Source of the DNA: an uncultured delta proteobacterium
Lineage (GTDB): Bacteria; Desulfobacterota; WTBG01; CAIYCZ01; CAIRTM01
NCBI GenBank assembly: GCA_963804955.1
Contig: CAWDSQ010000030.1
Span: 1 to 64,000, forward strand
Direction: 5' to 3'
DNA: 64,000 bases
This document shows, in pieces, positions 20,613 to 29,216 of the stretch. The translations under genes were made by a program, and so were the position numbers. Each line of letters begins with the position of its first letter. Position 1 is the first letter of the stretch. The notes beneath the pieces are model-generated. The model had not been told where the DNA came from. It made no database searches and saw only the letters and a program-made list of their open reading frames with translations.

Positions 20613-20665
20613 TATATAGCTATTTAGCTATATAGTATATTAGCAGTAAAAAAGGGGGTTGTCAA
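20613..20665 (-). promoter_or_regulatory. ars operon promoter and putative ArsR operator
   Basis: Minus-strand TTGACA (20665-20660)-N17-TAATAT, followed by the palindrome TATATAGCTA-NN-TAGCTATATA at 20613-20634. Confidence 0.65.
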
Positions 20666-20717
20666 TTGAGAACTGTGAAAAAAACTGCAGCCGGGTGGCG
20701 GGAAGCAGGGGGGCATG

Positions 20718-20776
20718 GTAGGGTCAGACCTGCGTGTCTGTTACGTTGCAGGGCGCACACACCGGTGCGTCTCTAC
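20718..20776. repeat. GTAG-REP doublet
   Basis: GTAGGGTCAGACCTGCGTGTCTG ... GGGCGCACACACCGGTGCGTCTCTAC in inverted arrangement. Confidence 0.6.
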
Positions 20777-20786
20777 TAAGTAGTGC

Positions 20787-20943
20787 CTGAACGAAAACCC
20801 CACTGTCAGCGAAAACTGTCATTTCGAAGGAGTGGAGCGACTGAGAAATCTTAAGCACATGCAAAGATCTCTCCCGCAGTCTGCTCTGAGCGAAGTCGAA
20901 GGGGTCGAGATGACATGGATATAAAAACAGGGTTTCCGTTCAG
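20787..20943. mobile_element. MITE-like element containing a solo TGTCATTTCGA/TCGAGATGACA REPIN (20817-20915)
   Basis: Inverted repeats CTGAACGAAAACCC and GGGTTTCCGTTCAG (13/14 match); internal arms match the GIY-YIG array arms. Confidence 0.6.
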
Positions 20944-20959
20944 CTCCTCAGTAGACGTT

Positions 20960-21071
20960 CCTAGAAAAGAGGGGCAATATTTTATTTATAAAAAAACACG
21001 CCTTTTTAATCCCCCTTTGAAAAAGGGGGTACAGGGGAATTTTTCGCCCCCTTTATTGTGTGGGGCTGTAC
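20960..21071. mobile_element. Shorter, degenerate copy of the 13592-13765 MITE
   Basis: Shares AGGGGCAATAT, CCCCCTTTGAAAAAGGGGG.ACAGGGG, TTTTTCGCCCCCT and the end GGGGCT..GTAC-TAA. Confidence 0.6.
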
Positions 21072-21149
21072 TAAGAGATTTCCCGGCGTTCCATTTTATA
21101 CGCCTCATTCCATAGGTAATGACGTGCGCTCCTGAGCGAAGCAAAATAA

Positions 21150-21187
21150 AAACAGCGGAAACACCCGTTTAGGCATTTCCGCTGTTT
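21150..21187 (-). terminator. Intrinsic terminator
   Basis: AAACAGCGGAAA...TTTCCGCTGTTT hairpin with A/T runs on both sides. Confidence 0.6.
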
Positions 21188-21264
21188 AAATTTTTTTAAC
21201 TACCAGTAAATCAGATTGCTATATTCGCATCCCTGTCGAATGTCCACCTGATCAGTTCGCCACT

Positions 21265-21450
21265 TCACTCGAAGGGTTCAGTGCTGTCCATATCTTCTGC
21301 TATAACGCCTTCAGCTTCGGCATTTGCCCAGACAGATAAATAGGCATCCACCTGGGAGGTATCGCTCCTGCCGCCTAAAATATAATCATCAGGTGTTTCC
21401 GTGAGGGCTGCTAAAAAAAGCAAGAGTGTTGCCATAAGCAGCTTTTTCAT
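21265..21450 (-). CDS. Small acidic protein with signal-peptide-like N-terminus
   Basis: AAGGAG RBS; MKKLLMATLLLFLAAL start. Confidence 0.55.
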   Translation of the reverse strand: MKKLLMATLLLFLAALTETPDDYILGGRSDTSQVDAYLSVWANAEAEGVIAEDMDSTEPFE

Positions 21451-21707
21451 GTGCATCTCCTTTTTTATGCTTTCTACTATATATTGTAGTCTATATCTAA
21501 ATAAAGTCAATATGTAGTGACATTATTTTTTTATTTTTGGAAACCTACCCTTTAAACGTTTATGACAGGCCGACGGTTGCAAAATAACTAGTTGAATTAC
21601 CGTAGATTTTCTTAGATTGTCCAAACTTACCCTTGCTTTTTTTTGTTTTTTGTGGATAATAATAAATTCCTTGAATATCGCATGGCGGCAGATGCCGTCT
21701 TTTTTAT

Positions 21708-21831
21708 TGTCTTCAGGAAAACCATAGCCTGTGGCGAAGTTTCCCTGAAGAAGGCAACTGAAACACTTCGTGTTTTTTGATTGCGCCCTTTCAGGGCGAA
21801 ATCATGTCACCCGTTAAGCGGGTGGCTGTTG
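21708..21831 (+). ncRNA. Structured 5' leader of typA; motif shared with 34544-34621
   Basis: Stem TCTTCAGGAAAAC/GTTTCCCTGAAGA plus three further hairpins. Confidence 0.45.
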
Positions 21832-21876
21832 GCCCGCACAACGTAACCCATAGAAAATCAGGATACCCCTCCAGCA

Positions 21877-23662
21877 ATGATCAAGCAGCACAAAATAAGA
21901 AACATCGCTATTATAGCGCATGTCGACCATGGCAAGACGACGCTTGTCGATCAGCTTTTTAAGCAGAGCGGCATGTTCAGAGATAACCAGAATGTGGCCG
22001 AAAGGCTCATGGACTCGATTGATCTGGAGCGCGAGCGCGGCATAACCATCGCCTCCAAGAACGGCTCGTTCAAATACCAGGACTTTCTCATCAATATCAT
22101 CGATACGCCCGGCCATGCCGATTTCGGCGGGCCAGGTCGAGCGGGTGCTCAAAATGGCCGACGGCGCCGTGCTGCTGGTGGATGCGCAGGAAGGCCCCAT
22201 GCCGCAGACCTATTTCGTCTTGAAAAAGGCCCTTGCCATTGGTTTGCCCATTATCGTCGTCATCAACAAAATCGACAAGCCTGCTGCACGGTGCGACTGG
22301 GCCGTGGATCAGGTATTTGATTTGTTTGTGAAGCTTAATGCGCCCGAGGAGATTCTTGACTTCCCCATCGTCTACGCCTCTTCCCGCGACGGCTATGCCA
22401 TCAATGAGCTCGGCGACGAGCCATCATCCATGGAGCCGCTGCTGCAGAAGGTTATTATTCACATACCCGCTCCTGCCGGCGACCCGGAAGGCCCCTTGCA
22501 GCTGCTGGTGAGCTCCATTGACTATTCGCCCTATCTCGGCCGGCTGGGCATCGGCAAAGTCACATCAGGTACGCTCAATGTCAATAAAGACATCGTGATG
22601 GCCCGGCGCGACGGCACGCTTGCCCCTGCCCGCATCACCAAGGTGTACCGGTTTGAAAGCAATCAGAAGGTGCCGACCGACACGGCGGGCATCGGCGAAA
22701 TCGTGGCCATTGCCGGCATGGAGGATGTGACCGTAGGCGTCACCTTCACCGATCCCGACAACCCCATTCCTCTGCCTCCCACGGTGATTGATCCGCCGAC
22801 GGTGTCGATGAACTTTATCCCCAATGATTCTCCTTTTGCCGGCCTTGAAGGCCAGTTTGTCACCTCCCGCCAGCTCGACGAGCGGCTGGAGCGGGAGACT
22901 TTTTCCGATGTGGCGCTCGTGGTCAAGCCGCTTGAGGACCGCGTGGGCTTTGCGGTTTCCGGCCGGGGGGAGCTGCATCTCTCGATCCTGATTGAGCGCA
23001 TGCGCCGCGAGGGCTATGAGTTTCAGGCAACCCGTCCGCAGGTTATCATGCAGGAGAAGAACGGCGAGCTGCTCGAGCCCTATGAGGAGCTGACCATTGA
23101 TGTCGACGAGCTGTATATGGGCGCGGTCATTGAGCGCCTCGGCATGCGCAGGGGCCAGATCCGGGAGATGAAGCAGGGCCAGGGCATGACGCGGCTTTTA
23201 TATGCAATTCCCACCCGCGGGCTGCTGGGCTTTCGCTCCGAGTTTATGACCATCACCAAGGGCATGGGCGTTATGAACTATGTGTTCAGCCACTATGGCC
23301 CCCATGCCGGAGAGATGCGCAACCGCAAAAACGGCGCGCTGGTCGTGAAAGCACCCTGCACCACAGTAGCCTATTCGCTGTTCAACCTGCAGGAGCGCGG
23401 CAGGCTTTTTGTCGGGCCGGGCCTTCCCGTGTATTTGGGCCAGATCGTCGGCGAGAATGCCCGTGACGACGATATGATCGTCAATCCCGCCCGCGGCAAA
23501 AAGCTTACCAATATGCGCGCCGCAGGCTCCGATGAAAACGTCGTTCTCACCCCGCCGCTCAAAATGAGCCTTGAGGACTGCCTTGCCTGGATCAATGACG
23601 ACGAGCTGGTTGAGATAACCCCCAAGTCCATCCGGCTGCGCAAACGGCAGATGCCAAGATAG
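21877..23662 (+). CDS. typA: Translational GTPase TypA/BipA (frameshift near 22130)
   Basis: [51 protein letters not shown] and [14 protein letters not shown] motifs. Confidence 0.96.
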
Positions 23663-23671
23663 GGCAGGGGT

Positions 23672-23766
23672 GTAGGGGCGCGGTGCCCGCGCCGCAAGTT
23701 CGGAGTCATGAGTTCGGAGTTGGGAGTGCAGAAGCCGTAGGGTGGATTAAGCGCAGCGAATCCACC
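23672..23766 (+). repeat. GTAG-REP cluster; block A (23672-23724) recurs at 26150-26204
   Basis: GTAGGGGCGCGGTGCCCGCGCC...GAGTCATGAGTTCGGAGTT and GTAGGGTGGATTAAGCGCAGCGAATCCACC. Confidence 0.75.
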
Positions 23767-23883
23767 ACATAATGCAAAACACAGAACGTAGATACTATGA
23801 AGGAAAGGATCATTTGACAGGCGTCACGTCTCGGATATGCTAAAAAAGTCACGTCAATAACTTTCAGCATAAAGGAGACAAAC

Positions 23884-25027
23884 ATGGCGAACAATCAAAT
23901 GATCCAAACCGAGGCAAAGAATAGCACAGGTAAGCAGGTTTTGTACATATCCCTTGAACTGTCCAACAAGAAATGGAAACTGACGTTTGGGGACGGGCAA
24001 CGCAGGAGGGAGCGAACAATAACATCAGCAGATCTTGAAGAGTTTAAGGAAGAGCTGGTCAAGGCCCGGAAGCATTTTAGACTGGATGAAGATTGCGCCA
24101 TATACAGCTGTTATGAATCGGGACGAGACGGGTTTTGGATACACCGGTATTTGGAGAGCATAGGGATAAAGAATATCGTGGTGGACTCGGCCAGCATTGA
24201 AGTCGAACCGGAGGCATCGGCGGGCCAAGACGGACCGGGTAGATGGGTTAAAGTTGTTAACCATGCTGATACGGCACTTGGGAGGAGAGCAGAAAGTCTG
24301 GAGTGTGGTACGGGTTCCGACACAGGAACAGGAAGATGAACGGCGACTCAACCGAGAGAGGGATCGGCTGTTAAAGGAACGGGGAGCACATGTAAGCCGG
24401 ATAAAGTCGCTACTGATATTGTATGGGATACATGCAGAGGTAGGCAGTAAATTCCTGAAGCTGCTTGAGGAAGTGCGAGCCTGGGATGGCAGCAAACTGC
24501 CAGAGCATATCGTGCAGGAGATGAAGCGGGAGTATGAACGGATAGGGGTGCTGGACCTGCAGTTGAAGCAGATCAATGAAGAGAAGAAGCGGCAGCTTGC
24601 GGCAAGTCCTGAACAAATGCGCAAGGTAAGCAAGCTTGCCCGGATACGGGCAATTGGGCCGATCAGTTCATGGGATTTGATCTATGAGTTTTTTGGCTGG
24701 CGGGAATTCAAGAATGTGAAGCAGGTGGGAGGTGCAGCGGGTCTTGCGCCAATGCCCTACAGCAGCGGGGATATGCAGATCGAGCAAGGAATAAGCAAAG
24801 CGGGCAATCGGCGGATACGAGCTTTGCTGATAGAGCTAGCCTGGGGATGGCTGAGATGGCAGCCTGGCAGTAAGCTAAGCACGTGGTTTCATGAGCGCTT
24901 TGGAGGGGGCAACAAGCGGATGAGGCGAATAGGGATCGTGGCGCTGGCCAGAAAACTGCTCATAGCGCTGTGGAAGTATGTTGATCACGACATCGTGCCG
25001 GAAGGCGCGATACTAAAGATGGCATAA
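23884..25027 (+). CDS. IS110-family transposase/recombinase (frameshift near 24207)
   Basis: RuvC-like N domain (ISLELS, CYESG, AKTDRVDG) and C-terminal Tnp20 domain (IGPISS, GLAPMPYSSG, ISKAGN, VALARKL). Confidence 0.92.
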
Positions 25028-25029
25028 AG

Positions 25030-25310
25030 GACATACAACCGGAGGAAAAGGATTTGATAGGCATTCCAGTTGGTGAAGCCCTTCGTACCCGCCCTGGGTC
25101 TAAAAGCACCGTCTTTGTAGATTGAAGGCTTCTTAAACTGGTTGGACTGACGCCAATTGGCGCACGCAGTATGTGGATGCACGGTTATAATACCGGCACG
25201 GATAGAAGGTGGTTCCGGGCAAGGTTCCCGGAAAACGACAAGCCCAACCGGCCAAAACGGAATGAGTATCAAAAGATAAAGAAAGAAAAAAACAAAAAAA
25301 ATTAACCCGA
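25030..25310 (+). ncRNA. Putative bridge/seek RNA region in the IS right non-coding end
   Basis: Two stem-closed loops carry target-matching (ACCCGCCCT, GTAG) and donor-matching (AGTAT, ATAGAAG) segments. Exact RNA ends are unknown. Confidence 0.7.
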
Positions 25311-25375
25311 GGCTTGACAACGGTCCTCATAGAAGGGCGGGTGCCAACCCGCCGGAATCATACAAGCAGGGTCGG

Positions 25376-25454
25376 GGTCATCCCGCCCGTGCTGTTGCCC
25401 GGAATAACGACCTGCCCGTCAATACCTTCATCAATCCGAATTACTTCCTTTGCA
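25376..25454 (+). repeat. Direct repeat block B, copy 1
   Basis: GGTCATCCCGCCCGTGCTG...TTACTTCCTTTGCA, near-identical to 26282-26361. Confidence 0.9.
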
Positions 25455-25474
25455 CAGCCGTAGTACTACAACCG

Positions 25475-25876
25475 TTATTTCGCATGAATACGGGTAGAAA
25501 ATTCTCGGGGGGAAAGGATGCGGCATCCGCGGAATTTTTTTAGAATCAGCAAGTCATTGTCGCCCGTAATAAGATACTCGGCCTCGCCTGCTGCTGCAAG
25601 CCCGAGAATGTGGAGATCGTTCTGGTCGCGGCAGGAATCAATTGGGATACGTGCTGGTACAACCATTGTTGCATTTTCATGAATAAGCGCTGTGATGCTT
25701 TCGATTGTTTCAGCAGGCAGTTTTAATTTTTTACTGAAGGCGGTCCGCACCTCGTCGATCAAATCGGCGCTGATAAGTACTTGATGGCTGTCGAGACAAA
25801 GTTCAAAAACAGCTTCGCACAGACCATGGGCGGCAAATGCGGCGATGATAACGGACGAATCCAGCACGATCTTCAT
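25475..25876 (-). CDS. PIN-domain (VapC-like) toxin
   Basis: MKIVLDSSVIIAA...CRDQNDLHIL...YLITGDNDLL. Confidence 0.92.
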   Translation of the reverse strand: MKIVLDSSVIIAAFAAHGLCEAVFELCLDSHQVLISADLIDEVRTAFSKKLKLPAETIESITALIHENATMVVPARIPIDSCRDQNDLHILGLAAAGEAEYLITGDNDLLILKKFRGCRILSPREFSTRIHAK

Positions 25877-26088
25877 GAGATCGCCTTGAACACATCCTCA
25901 TCTGTCATAAAACCCTGCGCTTCGGCAAAAGGCAGCACCTGCTTGCGCAGTGCCCGAAATTTCTCAATTGCCACATAGCGGCGTATCGACTCCCGCACCA
26001 CATCACTGACTGGCTTGTGCTGCTTTTGGCTGATCTGCTGAAGGTCGGAACGCAGGTCATCCGGCAGGCGTATGGTTATTGTATTCAT
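25873..26088 (-). CDS. Ribbon-helix-helix (CopG-like) antitoxin
   Basis: MNTITIRLPDDL...SDVVRESIRRY...TDEDVF; ATGA overlap with the toxin gene. Confidence 0.88.
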   Translation of the reverse strand: MNTITIRLPDDLRSDLQQISQKQHKPVSDVVRESIRRYVAIEKFRALRKQVLPFAEAQGFMTDEDVFKAIS

Positions 26089-26096
26089 AGTAAGAC

Positions 26097-26125
26097 AATG
26101 TAGCACAAACAGGTTTTTCTGTCAA
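26097..26125 (-). promoter_or_regulatory. sigma70 promoter of the TA operon
   Basis: TTGACA-N17-TACATT, 8 nt before the antitoxin ATG. Confidence 0.6.
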
Positions 26126-26149
26126 TGCCGCGCTTGGTGGTCCGGAGTC

Positions 26150-26361
26150 GTAGGGGCGCGGTGCCCGCGCCCGCAAGTTCGGAGTCATGAGTTCGGAGTT
26201 TGGGTAAGATCAAGATTTCAAATTCAAAATTCAAAATTGAAGGCATGAAAATGCACGTTGTTCAGAAAATCGAAGATGTGAGGTCATCCCGCCCGTGCTG
26301 ATGCCCGGAATAACGACCTGCCAGTCAAATACCTTCATCAATCCGAATTACTTCCTTTGCA
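26150..26361 (+). repeat. Second copies of blocks A (26150-26204) and B (26282-26361), with TTCAAAA heptamer repeats between them
   Basis: Direct alignment by eye to 23672-23724 and 25376-25454. Confidence 0.85.
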
Positions 26362-26555
26362 AAGATGGTTGAGCACGTAGCACGCAGGGTGCGCTTCGCG
26401 CACCATTTTTTTTATCGTGCACCGTGCATACTCCGGAAAATAAATCAGCCGCATTTTTTTCTCTCAACTCAACTTATGAGCTAAATCAACAAAGTCAACA
26501 ACGTCCCCTAGTTGTTCCCTAGTTGTTCCCCATTAAAATAAATTCCGGCTACAGG

Positions 26556-26608
26556 CTGGCGTGGTGGAGCGCAGCGGAACCACATCAAGTGCAGCGCCCT
26601 TGTTCGAC
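26556..26608 (-). other. Truncated attC site of the third cassette
   Basis: Minus strand GTCGAAC-AAGGGCGCTGCAC...GGTTCCGCTGCGCTCCACC; the distal GTT box was not found. Confidence 0.55.
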
Positions 26609-26649
26609 TTTATTCATCTAGTTCATATTTGTTTCTTGTTCGGCAATTT

Positions 26650-27378
26650 TTAAGAAATTTTTCTCCAACGCTTGAACGCCTTCACGTCATCGGCTGTTAG
26701 CAAAAACCATTCATTCCTGAGTCGTTTATCTGAAAACCTGCGATGCCAGTATGCCTCAATCCCTGCTGGATCATCTGTCTGTATGACGTGAATTGGCTCT
26801 ATTTTTCCTGGAAGTTCAATGCCAATCTCTCCCTCTCTACGGAGCATATTATTCGTACGGCCTATCTTATATTCGCGTCGAGTGCCGTGCTTGATGAGGT
26901 AGACAAATCCAAGGTCTTGTTTTGCACAACTACCAGAGTAAGGTTCTGTTGTCCGTCCTGCGGATAATACAGGACACATCGGCACAACGTCAGCAAATGC
27001 TTTATTGGCTAAACAAAACTCGCGCACCTTGTCAACAGTCTGACGTTTCGATCCAAAGCGACGGAGTGTCTTTGAGTTTGGGAAGGTGGTGTCAGATCGA
27101 GCTTTCATTCTTAACTCAGCTTCGACGGGATAATGACCGAGTTTCCTGACGAGTGTAGCAAGCCGTTCGAGCAAGAAGGCGTCTGAGTATGCCTCCCGCT
27201 TTTGGTTGGGCATGCAGCCAGCTTCTATTACGGCATCACTCCATCGTACCCAATATTTGCCACTCCAGTCACTTTCTCGAATGCCAGTTTCCGTTTCGAA
27301 TGCTCTTCTGCCGGGCGCGATTCCACCAGCGGCCTTTGTAAGGCGATGAATTTCATCAAGAATTTGCTGTTTATTCAT
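26650..27378 (-). CDS. Cassette gene: GIY-YIG (T5orf172/MUG113-like) nuclease with N-terminal helical repeats
   Basis: C-terminal GFVYLIK...YKIGRT...RRE...IEAYWHRRFSDKR...EWF. Confidence 0.8.
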   Translation of the reverse strand: MNKQQILDEIHRLTKAAGGIAPGRRAFETETGIRESDWSGKYWVRWSDAVIEAGCMPNQKREAYSDAFLLERLATLVRKLGHYPVEAELRMKARSDTTFPNSKTLRRFGSKRQTVDKVREFCLANKAFADVVPMCPVLSAGRTTEPYSGSCAKQDLGFVYLIKHGTRREYKIGRTNNMLRREGEIGIELPGKIEPIHVIQTDDPAGIEAYWHRRFSDKRLRNEWFLLTADDVKAFKRWRKIS

Positions 27379-27392
27379 TTTTTTATCCTGTT

Positions 27393-27451
27393 GTCGAACG
27401 TCACGGCTGTGCGGCGCGCGGTAGCGCGTACGCACCAGCCGATGGTTGGCC
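27393..27451 (-). other. attC site (59 bp)
   Basis: Minus strand GGCCAAC-CATCGGCTGGTGCGTACGCGCTACCGCGCGCCGCACAGCCGTGAC-GTTCGAC; imperfect hairpin with AAC/GTT ends. Confidence 0.85.
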
Positions 27452-28120
27452 GTTACCATTCTTCAGGTCCACGATCACTGTTGCCACTCGCCTCGCCAGT
27501 TTGCTGTCCTTCAGTCCGAGGCACTTGTGGGCAAGACGAGTAGCACCTTGCCATTCTTCCCGAGAGGCTGGTTCAGGAACATCCGGCGCGTTCGCGAAGT
27601 CGATGAATACGAGGTAGGCATCCTTTTCGTTGATCCCGGCCAGAAAGTAGAGATGGGCTAGGCGATTGGCCATCTGGTAGAGCGGCGCGTACCAGCACGC
27701 GTCTTTGCTCGCATGGAATGCTGACTTGGCCTCGTCCAAGCGATTCTCGATTCTACGGAGCGCATCGGGCGATGCCTTGCTCCGAAAATCGACGGCCTCG
27801 TCAATGTGGGCCTTGGCTTCAATGAGGATCAGTTTGCCGTCCGTTGTGCGGGCCAGACCGTCCCAGCGCGGCCCACTCTTGGGCCAAAATACCTCAAGTG
27901 GCATAGTCAGTTCGTCAACACCCAGACGGTCGAGGAATGCCTGATCGTAGTATTCCGCGTAGTCATCGTCCTGAAGCGGCGACCGCCAGTCTAACACAGC
28001 CTTTCGCCAACCGAAGGCTTCGGCGATAGCTGTACCCAGCACATCGGGATACTCGCGCACGATCAAGCGTAGCCAGTGCTCGCTTCGTGTTGCCTCCGGC
28101 GGTCTTGGTCTTCTCGGCAT
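27401..28120 (-). CDS. Cassette gene: hypothetical PD-(D/E)xK-like nuclease
   Basis: GPRWDGLA...LILIEAKAH and YQMANR motifs; the stop codon lies inside the attC. Confidence 0.7.
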   Translation of the reverse strand: MPRRPRPPEATRSEHWLRLIVREYPDVLGTAIAEAFGWRKAVLDWRSPLQDDDYAEYYDQAFLDRLGVDELTMPLEVFWPKSGPRWDGLARTTDGKLILIEAKAHIDEAVDFRSKASPDALRRIENRLDEAKSAFHASKDACWYAPLYQMANRLAHLYFLAGINEKDAYLVFIDFANAPDVPEPASREEWQGATRLAHKCLGLKDSKLARRVATVIVDLKNGNGQPSAGAYALPRAAQP

Positions 28121-28133
28121 ATTTCATCCTCTC

Positions 28134-28191
28134 GGCCAACGATAAGGTCACCCTACAGGCTAACGGAATCGTCTCCATCGCTTTGTTGGGT
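28134..28191 (-). other. attC-like site (58 bp, degenerate or chimeric)
   Basis: Minus strand ACCCAAC-AAAGCGATGGAG...CCTTATC-GTTGGCC directly after the cassette-1 stop codon. Confidence 0.7.
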
Positions 28192-29205
28192 TTATTTTAT
28201 TTCTTGTTTGTTAAAGTATTTGACCATCCCGTTTCCAATCGGGACATAGTCGATCAGACTTACATCAAATCCGGATTTCTTGATATGTTGACCGACGGCC
28301 CTAATATAAGTTTCATTCGGCACAAACTTACCTAGAGCCATAACCTGTTGGCCTAGATTCGTCACAACATATGCTGCAATCGCCAGCTTTTTAGCTGGAT
28401 CAGCATGCTCGATCAACAGTCCTTTTCTATGGCAAAGCAAGGCACATGTAAATTTATCTTTGACGGTTGAATTAATAGTCCTTTGAAGACCTAATGAATC
28501 TACACCTGTAACCACCCCGAGTTCTTGAAGTTCAAGCAGAAAACTGAATGAGATTCTTTCCGCTTCCAGTGCTTCCTTGGGCTCTCTCGCAATAAAATCA
28601 ACAAATGTGAGTGTTGATATCTTTTCGATGGTCTGAGCCTCTTCTTTGCTTAAGTTTCTGACAAACTCCAGTAGCCTATATGAATAGCTTCCGGGGTCCT
28701 TCAATTCGCCAGCAAGAATACGGCCCCATATAGCTTGCAGCTCATTTGTTGATACGTCTCCGGCGTAATCTCTCCAGCGATATAACCAGTCTGGCTCGAT
28801 TTTTTTAGTAGATGGGGCCGATTCATCATTCTTCAAGTCGTCTTCCGCATGAATTACCGCTTTGGCAACATTCACTTCTTTGCGTAGCGAGTCTGCAACA
28901 GCTGATGCAGCAGCAATCTGAAGAGGAGGCTTTTCGGGTCGCGTGTCTGCGGTTGGGGACTCATCTTTTGGCAATGCTGCTGTCAGTGAAATGGCATATT
29001 TTCCATCGCTTAGCTTTCGTCTGCCTGACCTAACCTCCTCGGCTTCACGTTCTGCTTCCGCTAGCGCGAGAAGTTCATAACGACGGACGTCGACTTGAGC
29101 TTTCCCCTCTCGCCTCACCTGCCAAGGACGCAGCAAATTGCCAACACCCTGTTCTGCGAGAGTTTCCCAAAGTTTGATCAATAGGTTTTCGCCTGGCCAG
29201 TTCAT
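28192..29205 (-). CDS. Cassette gene: DUF2806-like protein
   Basis: IEPDWLYRW...VSTNELQAIWGRILAGELKDPGSYSYRLLEFVRNLS motif; lower GC than the core genes. Confidence 0.8.
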   Translation of the reverse strand: MNWPGENLLIKLWETLAEQGVGNLLRPWQVRREGKAQVDVRRYELLALAEAEREAEEVRSGRRKLSDGKYAISLTAALPKDESPTADTRPEKPPLQIAAASAVADSLRKEVNVAKAVIHAEDDLKNDESAPSTKKIEPDWLYRWRDYAGDVSTNELQAIWGRILAGELKDPGSYSYRLLEFVRNLSKEEAQTIEKISTLTFVDFIAREPKEALEAERISFSFLLELQELGVVTGVDSLGLQRTINSTVKDKFTCALLCHRKGLLIEHADPAKKLAIAAYVVTNLGQQVMALGKFVPNETYIRAVGQHIKKSGFDVSLIDYVPIGNGMVKYFNKQEIK

Positions 29206-29216
29206 GGTTTTATTCT

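Larger units (their letters stand above)
23790..25335 (+). mobile_element. IS110-family (IS1111-like) insertion sequence inserted in a GTAG-REP
   Basis: AG core at 23790-23791 and 25334-25335. Removing the element restores GTAGGGCGGGTGCCAACCCGCC. Subterminal IRs CTATGAAGGA/TCCTCATAG. The circle junction forms TTGACA-N17-TACTAT. Confidence 0.88.

Noticed and set aside
24197..24215. Programmed frameshift in the IS110 transposase
   Set aside because: IS110 transposases are single ORFs, and this break matches the window-wide indel pattern.
25454..26149. TA module as a fourth integron cassette
   Set aside because: No complementary GTT/AAC cores or attC hairpin bound it; it has its own promoter and REP-type flanks.
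26490..26535. ACGTCCCC followed by tandem CCCTAGTTGTT as an element end
   Set aside because: Too short, with no associated transposase or second end visible.
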